Of a DNA stretch of 64,000 nt, positions 1 through 9,027 are shown in pieces. Numbering within the stretch: position 1 is the first letter of the stretch; each line of letters starts with the position of its first letter. Source of the DNA: Spirochaetota bacterium (GTDB lineage Bacteria > Spirochaetota > UBA4802 > UBA5368); the NCBI GenBank assembly GCA_004297825.1, contig SCSX01000068.1, positions 28,651-92,650 of the forward strand, in the 5' to 3' direction. Both the position numbers and the translations under genes were made by a program. Below the pieces are notes generated by a model. That model saw only the letters and a list, made by a program, of their open reading frames with translations. It searched no databases and was not told where the DNA came from.

Positions 1-2055
1 GGCCAGCCTGTCCCAGTCGGGACCCTGCACCGAAAACTGGATGGGGTAGCCGCGCTGCGCCGTGAAACCCTGCTGCGACAGGTCGAGCACCGCCACGCGC
101 GCCACCCCCGGGATCTTTTTTACCTCGCCCCGGATGAAGGCCATGAAATCCTGCTGCGAGGGCCTGCGCTCGAAGGGCGCGGCGACCGGGCGGTCCGGCC
201 GGTTCTTCATGGTCACGTTGAACACGCCCTGGTTCACGAGCCCGCCCTGGAAACCGCCCACGGCGCAGTTGAACCGGTCGACCTCGGGGCGGCTTTTTAG
301 TATGGCCTCGGTCTTCCTGAATATCGAATCGGTAAACTGCAACGAGGAGCCCAGCGGCGTCTGGATGTTTATAAGAAAGCGGCTCTGGTCCTGGGGCGGC
401 ACGAACTCCTTGGGTATCCCGCCCAGCAGGAGGAGCGAGAGCGCGAAGACGAGGGCGCTCGCGCCCAGGACCTTCCAGCGCCGTCCCAGGCACCACGCGA
501 GGGCGCCGCGGTAGCGGGACGAGAACGATTCCATGAACCGGTCCATCCGCGCCCCCACCCATGTCTCTTTTCCGCTCGTGAGTATCTGCGAGCAGCGCAT
601 GGGCGCGAGCGTGAGCGCCTCCAGGAGCGAGAGCATCACCGCGACCGTCATCGTGATCCCGAACTGGAAGAAGAACTTTCCTATGATGCCCTTCATGAAC
701 ACCACGGGCAGGAATATCGCGAGGATCGCGAGCGAGGCCGCGATCGCGGCGGTAGTGATCTCGCGCGCGCCCACTATGGCGGCCTTCACCCGGCTCATCC
801 CCTCCTCGTGGTGGCGCACGATGTTCTCGAGCACCATGATCGCGTCGTCGACCACGATGCCTATCGAAAGCGAGAGTGCGAGCAGCGTGAAGGTGTTGAG
901 CGTGAAGCCGTAAAAATAGAGCACGATGAAGGCCCCCACGAGCGAGGTGGGGATCGCGAGGATCACGTTGAAGGCCGAGCTGAACGAGCCCAGGAAGAGC
1001 CAGCACACAAAGGAGGTGAGTATGACCGATAATACCAGGTTCGAGAGGAGCTCGCGGGTCGAGTCCTCGATGAACTGGGTACTGTCCCACGCAATCCCCA
1101 TCTTCATGTTCGCGGGAAGCAGGTCCGCGCTCTCCTTCACCCGCTCCTTGACCTTGCGGCCGATAGACACGGCGTTGGAGCCGCGCTGCTTGATGATGCC
1201 CACCCCTATCGCGGTCTCGCCGTTGAACCGGCTGATGCGCCGCACGTCCGCGAGCCCCTCCTCGATGTGCGCCACCTCGCCCAGGCGTATGGGCGTCCAG
1301 ATGGGCTCGCCCCTGCGGTTGGGGATGATGATGTTCTCGAAATCCGCCCTGGTCGCCGATTCGCTCAGGACGCGCACGTGCGTCTCGCGGGGACCGTTGT
1401 CCATGTAGCCGGAGGGCGTAAGGGTGTGCTGCGAGGTCACCGCGGCGATGATGTCGTCAACGGTGATCTGCTGGCGCTCCATGGCGTCGGTCCTGATCCA
1501 GATGCGCATGTTGGGATCCAGGTAGCCGCCCAGGCGGATGTCGCCCACCCCCTCGATCGTCGTGATCTCGTCCTTGAGGTGGTCGCGCACGAAGAGCACG
1601 AGCTCCCTCTGTGTGAACTTCCCGTAGACCGCCGCGAACATGATGGGCTGGTCCTCGGGGTTGGACTTGGTGACGACGGGCGGATCGATATCGTTGGGCA
1701 GGTTCCTCTGCGCCTGCAGTATCTTGGTCTGCACCTCCTGGAGCGCAGCGTTGATATCGCGGGTGAGCTCGAACTCGATCGAGATGTTCGCGAGCCCCTC
1801 GAGCGAGGTGGAGCTCACACTCCGGATGCCCTCGATGGACATCACGGAGTCTTCGAGTATGTCGACCACCGCGGATTCCATCGTCACCGGCGAGGCCCCG
1901 GCCCACGTGACGGTGATCGTGAGAACCGGGAAGTCCACGTCCGGGAGCTGGCTTATGCCCATCCGGCTGAACCCGATCGCGCCGAAAAGAATGAGCCCTA
2001 TCATGAGGACCCATGCGAAGACGGAGTTCTTTATGGAAATGTCGGAAAGCTTCAT
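1..2055 (-). CDS. RND (AcrB/HAE1-type) efflux permease, N-terminal ~685 codons; the 3' end lies beyond the left window edge
   Basis: Absent from the supplied ORF track because it meets no stop inside the window. My reverse-strand translation from the ATG at 2055-2053 reads MKLSDISIKNSVFAWVLMIGLILFGAIGFSRMGISQLPDVDFPVLTITVTWAGASPVTMESAVVDILED... and later ...LALSLSIGIVVDDAIMVLENIVRHHEEG..., both typical RND pump signatures. An in-frame TAA at 2112-2110 bounds the start. The + strand ORFs listed over 62-2113 are shadow frames. Confidence 0.85.
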   Translation of the reverse strand, partial: MKLSDISIKNSVFAWVLMIGLILFGAIGFSRMGISQLPDVDFPVLTITVTWAGASPVTMESAVVDILEDSVMSIEGIRSVSSTSLEGLANISIEFELTRDINAALQEVQTKILQAQRNLPNDIDPPVVTKSNPEDQPIMFAAVYGKFTQRELVLFVRDHLKDEITTIEGVGDIRLGGYLDPNMRIWIRTDAMERQQITVDDIIAAVTSQHTLTPSGYMDNGPRETHVRVLSESATRADFENIIIPNRRGEPIWTPIRLGEVAHIEEGLADVRRISRFNGETAIGVGIIKQRGSNAVSIGRKVKERVKESADLLPANMKMGIAWDSTQFIEDSTRELLSNLVLSVILTSFVCWLFLGSFSSAFNVILAIPTSLVGAFIVLYFYGFTLNTFTLLALSLSIGIVVDDAIMVLENIVRHHEEGMSRVKAAIVGAREITTAAIAASLAILAIFLPVVFMKGIIGKFFFQFGITMTVAVMLSLLEALTLAPMRCSQILTSGKETWVGARMDRFMESFSSRYRGALAWCLGRRWKVLGASALVFALSLLLLGGIPKEFVPPQDQSRFLINIQTPLGSSLQFTDSIFRKTEAILKSRPEVDRFNCAVGGFQGGLVNQGVFNVTMKNRPDRPVAAPFERRPSQQDFMAFIRGEVKKIPGVARVAVLDLSQQGFTAQRGYPIQFSVQGPDWDRLA

Positions 2056-2196
2056 GAAAGGGGGCCGTGCCCGTCCAAATCGTTCAAGGGTGCCTCTCGG
2101 CGAACCGGATTAACGCCCGGCGGTCCAGCGTTTCTAGACCGGGGCGAACGCCTTGTCAATTTAATATTATATGAATTTTCGGTTACGGCAACCGGG

Positions 2197-3312
2197 TTAT
2201 GGGGATTTTCGATCGGCCTTCCACCACCGGGAGTTCACCGTGAGGTCGCCCCCGACGACCAGGCCGGGCCGGGGAAGGCACAGCCTGATCCCCTGCGTAT
2301 CGGCGGCCGCGATGAGCTTTTCCACGGGCTCGGTCCAGGAATGGAAGGCGAGGTTGAAGGTCCCCCAGTGTATGGGCAGGAGGACCGCACCTTTCAGGTC
2401 CAGGTGCGCCTTCACCGCGTTCGACGGACCCATGTGTATATCGGGCCAGTTATCGCCGTACGCGCCTATCTCGAGCATGACCAGGTCGAACGGCCCGTAG
2501 CGCGCGCCGATATCGGCGAAGCCCGCGAAGTAGCCCCCGTCGCCGCCAAAGTACACCCGGTGCTTCCCGCTCGTGATTATCCACGACGCCCACTGAGTGG
2601 TGTCCCGCTTCCCGATCCCGCGGCCCGAAAAATGGCGCGCGGGCGCGGCGATGAGCGAATGACCGCCTCCCAGCGCGCGCTCTTCATGCCAGTCGAGCTC
2701 GACGACGCGCTCGCCCGGGATCCCCCACGACCTGAGAATTTCGCCCACGGCCAGGGGCGTGTAGAACACGACACCGGTCGCGGCGAGCCTCGTCACCGTG
2801 TCCCGATCCAGGTGGTCGTAGTGGTCGTGCGAGATGATGACGCCATCCAGCGGCGGAAGCGCCTCAAGCGGAAAGGGCGGATTAAAGAAGCGCGCGGGCC
2901 CCATGAAACTCACGGGCGATGCGCGCTCGCTCCACATGGGGTCGGTGAGAAATATCTTTCCATCGATTTTAATGATCACGCTGGAATGTCCCACCCACGC
3001 GACGCGCAGCCCGTCTTCCGCGTCAAGGGATTCCCTGAGCGAGGGGTTCGGAAATTCCATGCGCACGGGCGGTGTCCGCTGCTCCGTGCTTGAAATCCAG
3101 CGCCAGATCGTGTCGAGCACCGTGCCGTCCCCGGTGACTATCGTGGGCACGGGGTTCAGATATTTCCCATCCCGGAAATTGGGCGAGCTTCTCTCCCCCG
3201 GCCGCCCTGCCGCGTCCCCGCCCTTGCGCAGGTATGAACACGACGCGAACAGCGCGCCCGCGAGCGCGGCGCACCCGGCCAGTATCATGAACATTTTTAC
3301 CGCATACCCCAT
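2197..3312 (-). CDS. Exported MBL-fold metallo-hydrolase (NAPE-PLD-like/beta-lactamase superfamily), probable lipoprotein
   Basis: 371-aa ORF. The N-terminal signal has a lipobox-like LFASC. It carries the metallo-beta-lactamase motif VIISHDHYDHLD and later H/D ligands (GGDGGY, HWGTF). Confidence 0.8.
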   Translation of the reverse strand: MGYAVKMFMILAGCAALAGALFASCSYLRKGGDAAGRPGERSSPNFRDGKYLNPVPTIVTGDGTVLDTIWRWISSTEQRTPPVRMEFPNPSLRESLDAEDGLRVAWVGHSSVIIKIDGKIFLTDPMWSERASPVSFMGPARFFNPPFPLEALPPLDGVIISHDHYDHLDRDTVTRLAATGVVFYTPLAVGEILRSWGIPGERVVELDWHEERALGGGHSLIAAPARHFSGRGIGKRDTTQWASWIITSGKHRVYFGGDGGYFAGFADIGARYGPFDLVMLEIGAYGDNWPDIHMGPSNAVKAHLDLKGAVLLPIHWGTFNLAFHSWTEPVEKLIAAADTQGIRLCLPRPGLVVGGDLTVNSRWWKADRKSP

Positions 3313-3643
3313 GGAACTCTCCCGAAACCATTCGCACGACTGATCTTATTTTACGGCAGGATGCGTCGCCGATACGACTATCGCCCCATCGGACATTTTT
3401 AATCCATCGTGACGAACCCCGGAAATCAATACTGCCGGGCCCTGCAAAATTGTCCACGCTTTTCCCAATGGAGAAAACCTCATCTCTCCATGTCTCTGCG
3501 TCGTGGCAAATTCCTTTTCTTTTGGATTGGCACTAGAGCGCTAGTGCGGCGCGAACCTTTCTTCAAATAGTATTTGAGTTTTCACGCGGATTCCCTATGC
3601 TGGGAAAACACCGCGCGGCTGCGCGCGGCCGGCGGAGCCCGCC

Positions 3644-3988
3644 GTGATGGAGAAGCCCATGAAGATCGAAGACGCGCCCTTCACGATAACCGACTGGAGC
3701 GTCACCCCTTCCTCGACCCTGCGGGGCACGCGCGGCCTCGCCGCCTCCAGGGTGCTTGAACGAGGAAACGCACGGCTTCGCATGATCGAATATTCCGCGG
3801 GCTACGTTGCCGACCACTGGTGCGCGCGCGGCCACGCCGCGCTCGTACTGGACGGAGACATCCTCGTCGAGATAGAGAACGGCGGCAGCTTCGCGCTGAC
3901 CGCCGGCATGAGTTTCCTCGTCGCCGACGGGCGCGACGCGCACCGCGTATCCTCGCATAACGGCGCGCGCGTCTTCATCGTAGACTGA
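3644..3988 (+). CDS. Small cupin-fold protein (DHCW-motif cupin type)
   Basis: 114-aa ORF containing VADHWCARGH, followed by a beta-rich LVLDGDILVEIENG...FLVADG pattern typical of single-domain cupins. The start may be the ATG at 3647 or 3659. Confidence 0.65.
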   Translation: MMEKPMKIEDAPFTITDWSVTPSSTLRGTRGLAASRVLERGNARLRMIEYSAGYVADHWCARGHAALVLDGDILVEIENGGSFALTAGMSFLVADGRDAHRVSSHNGARVFIVD

Positions 3989-4014
3989 TATTCGGCATAA
4001 CGTCAAAGGACGAG

Positions 4015-4037
4015 GAGATGGGGAGATTGATAAGATG
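4015..4037. repeat. 23-nt G/A-rich mini-repeat, copy 1 (partner at 10350-10372)
   Basis: gagatggggagattgataagatg compared with gagatagggagatggataagatg gives 21 of 23 identical bases. Both copies are intergenic. Confidence 0.7.
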
Positions 4038-4083
4038 CCGTGGAAGGATATGAGAAAGGGCGAGTGATCCGGCGGACGCACCG

Positions 4084-7000
4084 TCATACCGGGAACGTAA
4101 CGCGGATACGCGCGCCCGGACCCTCTTCGATCGCGTGAACGCCGCCAATCTGGCGGCAGAGCATATCGACGAGCCGCAATCCCATTCCCCCCTTGTGCGC
4201 ATGACGAAATTTTTCATCGATTCCCGGGCCGTCGTCGGAAACGAGCAATTCCGCTTTCCCGCCGCGATTTCTAAGGTCGACGCGTATTTCCCCGGCCGCG
4301 CCGGGAGGATAGGCGTACTTGAGGGCGTTCGTAACGAGCTCGTTGAGAATAAGCCCGACCGGCACCGCGCACCTTTGCTCGCACTGAATCGCCTCGAGCG
4401 TGTCCGCGATCAGCACCCGGCCCCCGGCGGGCGCGTAGGATTGCCTTAGCAGCGAAACCAGACGTCCCACGTAGCGCCCCAGGTCGATCCTGTCGAGGTC
4501 GTTTTCCGTCTGGAGCTGCTCATATACCGCCGCGATGGAGCCGATGCGCGCGATCACATCGGCGAATACCCCACGCGTATGCTCGTCGGGCAGGTCGCCC
4601 ATTTTAAGCGAGATGAGATTGGAGGCGATATTCAAACTGTTCTTCACGCGATGCTGGAGCTCCTTGAAAAGCATCTCCTTCTCGGCGACCGACCGGGTGA
4701 GGGCGTCGACCGCCTCTTTTCTTTCCACGATGATGCGCGCCTGCTGAATGTTCTGGTGAGCCATGAGCGAAAGCTGGTTGGCGAACACGAAGAGCGCGCG
4801 CGCCACGTCCTCGAAGCGCTCCCGGGGCATGGTGGGAACCTCGTGGAATGCCGCGATAAACTCTTCTTCATCGGCGCCCACGTCATGGGCATACGCGCGC
4901 ATCCTGTTCTCGGACTGTGTCTCGTCCCTCACCTGTCCTATCAGCCAGTTCGCGACGTGACGCCCGCCCACCGTGATGCTCGCCCCCGCGTCCCAGAGCC
5001 CGCCGCTCAGGCAGGGCTGGATGACCGGCCCGTCGGGATGGTACCTTCCGAGCACCGCGTCCGAATGATAGCAATTTGAAAGTCCCTTCTCGGTACGCCG
5101 GATGATGTCGCTGCACAGCCGGCAGAAGCCGCTCGGCCGCGTGATGGGCGTCCCGTCCACCTGGGTTATTATCGACGCCACCCCCGTGGCCTTCGCGAAA
5201 AGGTCCTGTATGACCTGGATGTCGTCCAGGCTGAAAAGCTCTTCGAACGTGACGACGTCGTTCTCGCCCAGGGGACGGGTGAGCGCCACGATGCGCCGGT
5301 CCAGTGCTTCCTCTATTCTTTTTCGCTCGGTGATATCGGTCGCCATCCCCAGGATCGACTCCCCGTGCGCGCCATTTTCCCGGAGAAGCACCGCGCTCAT
5401 CGAGAGCCAGAATATGGAACCATTTTTCCTCCTGGCGAGGATCTCCATATTCGAGACATGGCCGTGTTCCCCGATCCGCAGGTTAAGGCGCTCCCCGTCG
5501 CGCGGGTCGGCATAGAGGCCGGAGACCGGCACCCTGAGAAGTTCTTCCACGCTCGCATACCCGGCGAGCGCGGCCATGGATCGATTTGCGTGGAGGAACG
5601 CGCCGTCCGGCGTGCTGCTGAAAATTCCGACGTTGAGATTTTCCACGAGCGCGCGGAATTTCTCTTCGCTTTCGCGAAGCGTCCCCAGGAAAAGCATGCT
5701 GCTTAGTCCGTCGGTCACCCTGCGCCCGATCTCCCGGAACAGGCGCTGTTCCTCGATCGACCAGATGCGCGCGTGCGAACACTGGTGCAATCCAAACACC
5801 CAGGGCAAACCCGTCCTGGGTCGAATTCCCACCACGATCTGCGATTGCGTGGAAAATTCTTTTCCATAAGGAATCTCTCTCCCGGATGCCGGATCGAACG
5901 TAACGGGTCCGGCCGTCTCGAGGATTTCCCGGAATACGGCCGCGACATCCGGCAGGACAGGAAGATCCGTGTTCTCCGCCAGATCGGCGGGGTATTCCTT
6001 CCGCGTACGTTGCATAATGACCCTGAAAGACGGCGCGCTGGGATCGCAGGGAAACAGCAGCCATGCGCGGTCGCACTTGAAAATGCCGAGGACAGAATCG
6101 AGCAGATTTTTCAGCATCTCGTTCAGGTTATCCGCGTGCATGATCACATTGTCGATTTTTTCCAGTTTTTCCAGGAATCTCGCGTAGGCTCGCGCCTGCG
6201 ATTGCGTCCTTTTCCAGTCGGTGATATCGGTCGAAATTCCGCATAACCCGTTCACGGCGCCGGAGGCATCGGTGAGCGGAATCTTGACGGTCCAATAGGT
6301 GCGCGGATGCCCGTCGGAGGAGACCAGGTCCGTCTCCTCCCGCGTCACGGTTTCGCCCTCCTCGATCACCCTTCGGTCGCTCGTCCTTATCTCGCCGATC
6401 GATCCGGCCGAAAAAAAATCTTCGTCGCTCCTGCCGATAATAGCCTGTTCGTCGCGACCGAATAGCTCGCGAACCTTTTTGTTCGCATACGTGTAACGGT
6501 ACGCCGTATCCTTAATGAAGATGAACGCTCCCACGTGGTCGAGAATATCGTTCATGCGCCGTTCGCTTTCCCCCAGCGCCGCGAGCGCCGCCTCGCGGTG
6601 CGCCTCCGCGGTTCTTCGCGCGCTCACGTCCGTTATGAATCCCTCGAGTGTAACGGTCCCCGATTCACCGGGCACGCCGCGCCCGCGCTCCCACACCCAG
6701 CGCCGTTCCCCCGCCGCCGTCACGATGCAGTATTCCAGGGTATAGCTTCTCCCCGAGCCCAGGGCCTCCTGGATCTCGTCCCATATCCTGTCCCGGTCCT
6801 CCGGGGCGATGATCGAGTTGTAGGAGCGGACGCCGTTGCCCAGGAAATCCGCGGAAGGATATCCCGAAAGCTCCAGGATGCCCTCACTCAGGTACTCCAT
6901 GGTCCAGTCGCGATCGTTCAAGCAACGGTACAGGACCCCGTTGAGATTGTTGATGATCGTATCGATCTTCCGGGCGTGTTCCCGCTGCGCCTCCTCGGCG

Positions 7001-7839
7001 CACTTCTTGTCGGATATGTCCCTGAAAATCCCGATGAGAAGGGTGCTGCCCCCAACCTTCACGATCCCCGCATTGATGGAGACCGGAACCCTCGATCCAT
7101 TCATGGTCAGCACGACGGTTTCCACCGCATCCGCCCTGTTCCCCTTCACGAACTCCCGGAAATAATCCATAGTGACCGGGCGCACGTCATCGGGATGAAG
7201 CTGGTCCGCGTTCATGGACAGCAGCGCTTCTCGCGAGAACCCGGTCAATTCCTCGGCCTTGCTGTTGCAGTCGACAAGCCTCCTGGACTGCGGGTCCGCC
7301 ACGAAGAGCGCATCGGATCCCTGTTCGAAGAGGCAGCGATACCTTTCTTCGCTTTCCCTGAGCGCGTCCTCCCGGGCGGAGAGTTCCTCCTGCGAACCCA
7401 GCAGGTTCCGGTTCGCGGCTTCGAGCTCCAGGTTCCTCGCCTGAATCCCGAGATAGGCCTCGTGAAGCTTGAATGCCATCCTGAGCGAGGCCAATAGCAC
7501 GGTGATGCCGGACTTCTTGACCACGTAGCCGTACGAGGTGATTTGCTCTGTTTTTTCGACGATTTCCTTTTCGGTGTGGGAAGAGAGGAACACGACCGGG
7601 ATGTCATGATCTTTCAGTATCGCACGCGCGACCTGGGTGCCGTCCAACCCCTTGCCCAGGTCGATGTCCATGAGAATGAGATCGATGCGCCCGGGGTTGT
7701 CGCGCACGAGCTCGATCGCCTCTTCCCCGCGCGCGGCGCACATCACGTCGTATCCCTCGCGCTCAAGCTCCTGGGCCTGCGCAAGGGCGATGACCGGTTC
7801 GTCCTCGACGAGCAGGATGGTGCAGCACTGAGAACCCAC
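4084..7839 (-). CDS. Multidomain sensor histidine kinase: N-terminal REC, several PAS, GAF-like region, PocR-like sensory domain, HisKA_2 dimerisation/phospho-acceptor domain, HATPase_c
   Basis: 1251-aa ORF.
- Receiver motifs: ILLVEDEP...DLILMDIDL...VVKK.
- Repeated PAS-like segments (ERYRCLFEQGSDALFV, FRALVENLNVGIF and others).
- Cys-containing block FCRLCSDIIRRTEKGLSNCYHSD...GLWDAG...GQV, as in PocR domains.
- H-box FKELQHRVKNSLNIASNL (HisKA_2 type).
- ATPase G-box SDDGPGI...GMGLRLV. Confidence 0.9.
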   Translation of the reverse strand: MGSQCCTILLVEDEPVIALAQAQELEREGYDVMCAARGEEAIELVRDNPGRIDLILMDIDLGKGLDGTQVARAILKDHDIPVVFLSSHTEKEIVEKTEQITSYGYVVKKSGITVLLASLRMAFKLHEAYLGIQARNLELEAANRNLLGSQEELSAREDALRESEERYRCLFEQGSDALFVADPQSRRLVDCNSKAEELTGFSREALLSMNADQLHPDDVRPVTMDYFREFVKGNRADAVETVVLTMNGSRVPVSINAGIVKVGGSTLLIGIFRDISDKKCAEEAQREHARKIDTIINNLNGVLYRCLNDRDWTMEYLSEGILELSGYPSADFLGNGVRSYNSIIAPEDRDRIWDEIQEALGSGRSYTLEYCIVTAAGERRWVWERGRGVPGESGTVTLEGFITDVSARRTAEAHREAALAALGESERRMNDILDHVGAFIFIKDTAYRYTYANKKVRELFGRDEQAIIGRSDEDFFSAGSIGEIRTSDRRVIEEGETVTREETDLVSSDGHPRTYWTVKIPLTDASGAVNGLCGISTDITDWKRTQSQARAYARFLEKLEKIDNVIMHADNLNEMLKNLLDSVLGIFKCDRAWLLFPCDPSAPSFRVIMQRTRKEYPADLAENTDLPVLPDVAAVFREILETAGPVTFDPASGREIPYGKEFSTQSQIVVGIRPRTGLPWVFGLHQCSHARIWSIEEQRLFREIGRRVTDGLSSMLFLGTLRESEEKFRALVENLNVGIFSSTPDGAFLHANRSMAALAGYASVEELLRVPVSGLYADPRDGERLNLRIGEHGHVSNMEILARRKNGSIFWLSMSAVLLRENGAHGESILGMATDITERKRIEEALDRRIVALTRPLGENDVVTFEELFSLDDIQVIQDLFAKATGVASIITQVDGTPITRPSGFCRLCSDIIRRTEKGLSNCYHSDAVLGRYHPDGPVIQPCLSGGLWDAGASITVGGRHVANWLIGQVRDETQSENRMRAYAHDVGADEEEFIAAFHEVPTMPRERFEDVARALFVFANQLSLMAHQNIQQARIIVERKEAVDALTRSVAEKEMLFKELQHRVKNSLNIASNLISLKMGDLPDEHTRGVFADVIARIGSIAAVYEQLQTENDLDRIDLGRYVGRLVSLLRQSYAPAGGRVLIADTLEAIQCEQRCAVPVGLILNELVTNALKYAYPPGAAGEIRVDLRNRGGKAELLVSDDGPGIDEKFRHAHKGGMGLRLVDMLCRQIGGVHAIEEGPGARIRVTFPV

Positions 7840-8155
7840 AGTTTGCCCTCCGGTGCGGTAGGACTCGTTTCACGATGCCGCGCTTTGTGACGCGCGTCGG
7901 ACAAGGGGTACCTCCTCCAGTGTAGTCGTACACGCGCGCTAAATCAAATATAATTTGCTCAAGCGGCACTCGCCGCGCCCGTGGAAGGCGCGGAATTGAG
8001 GGCGCCCGGGCCCTGACGCATTCATGCGCACGCGCGGCCTCGGGCGCCCTCCATGATTCACTTTTTTCACCCCGCCGCAGGAATACTGTTGACCATATAC
8101 TCAATTAATGAAGCAATAGGCGCAGGTCTTTTCCATTCCCAGATGAGAGTGCCGC

Positions 8156-9019
8156 ATGAAGAAATTTATCCTCGATACGAACATCATCATCAACGATCCC
8201 GCGCTCCTGAAGCAGTGGAGCCCCAAGTGCCAGGTGTACCTTCCCAGCTTCGTCCTGCGCGAGGTAAACAACTTCGCGAAGAAAAACAAGCAGAACGCCG
8301 TGGTCGCCGAGGAGCTGCACAAGCTCATCGAGGACGACCTCGCGCGCGGCTTCATCCGCTTCGCCTATATCGACCCCAAGCAGTTCAAGCGCCCCACCCC
8401 CGGCCTTTTCCGGGAGAACCGCATCACGACGAACGATTACCTGCTGGCCCAGTTCACCTACGAATTTTCGCTCATGAAAGAGGGCAAGGACGTAACCATG
8501 GTCACCGACGACGTGGCGCTCTACAACTACGCCAAGTCCATAGGCCTGCGCGCCCTCAACCTCAGGGAGTACCATTCGGAGATGGCGCGGTACAAGAGCG
8601 TGAGCCTCGCCCAGGCCGGCGAGCGCGCGGCCTACGGGGCGCGCTGGATACTCCGGGCGATGGGCCCCCTGGCCGCGGGCGCGCTCCTGGCCGTATGCGC
8701 CGGTTTCTTCATTAACTACTTCGGTCTCATCAACACGATCCTGGGCGCCGGGGCCATGGTCGCGCTCCTGGCGGTGCTTTCGATCTTCCTGCTCGGGATC
8801 AGGGCGCGCTGGCGGCTCTCCTATGCCCTCCTCCAGGTGTTCCTGGGGCTGTTCGTCCTCTACCAGGGCCTGGGAACCGCCCTTGACCTGTCGGCCCCCT
8901 CACTCCTCATCACGCTGCTCGCGGGGATTTTTCTCCTCATGACCGGGCTGGACAACCTGGGCAAGCGCGCACGGGGAACCGTCGCGGAGCGCCTCAGGGC
9001 ATTTATCTTCAAGGACTAG
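8156..9019 (+). CDS. PIN-domain (PhoH-like/Smg6-like PIN) protein with a C-terminal block of about 4 transmembrane helices
   Basis: 287-aa ORF. The N-terminus FILDTNIIINDP...YLPSFVLREVNNFAKK...VTDDVALYNYA carries the acidic PIN signature residues. Residues from about 175 to 270 are strongly hydrophobic helices (LAAGALLAVCAGFFINYF, GAMVALLAVLSIFLLGI, LLQVFLGLFVLY, LLITLLAGIFLLMTG). Confidence 0.7.
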   Translation: MKKFILDTNIIINDPALLKQWSPKCQVYLPSFVLREVNNFAKKNKQNAVVAEELHKLIEDDLARGFIRFAYIDPKQFKRPTPGLFRENRITTNDYLLAQFTYEFSLMKEGKDVTMVTDDVALYNYAKSIGLRALNLREYHSEMARYKSVSLAQAGERAAYGARWILRAMGPLAAGALLAVCAGFFINYFGLINTILGAGAMVALLAVLSIFLLGIRARWRLSYALLQVFLGLFVLYQGLGTALDLSAPSLLITLLAGIFLLMTGLDNLGKRARGTVAERLRAFIFKD

Positions 9020-9027
9020 CCAACCGC

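Noticed and set aside
1267-3093. 608-aa + strand ORF. Similar long ORFs lie at 38300-40384 (-), 54420-56489 (+), 48396-49808 (-), 24247-25512 (+), 35674-36636 (-) and 46071-47114 (-).
   Set aside because: These are shadow frames opposite well-supported genes in high-GC DNA. Their translations are Arg/Gly/Pro/His-rich low-complexity strings with no motifs, whereas the opposite strand gives clear family signatures.
3529-3547. TGGCAC that resembles a sigma54 -24 box.
   Set aside because: No TTGC -12 element lies at the required spacing. The sequence is instead a 7-bp inverted repeat, GCACTAG-agcg-CTAGTGC (3530-3547), of unknown significance.
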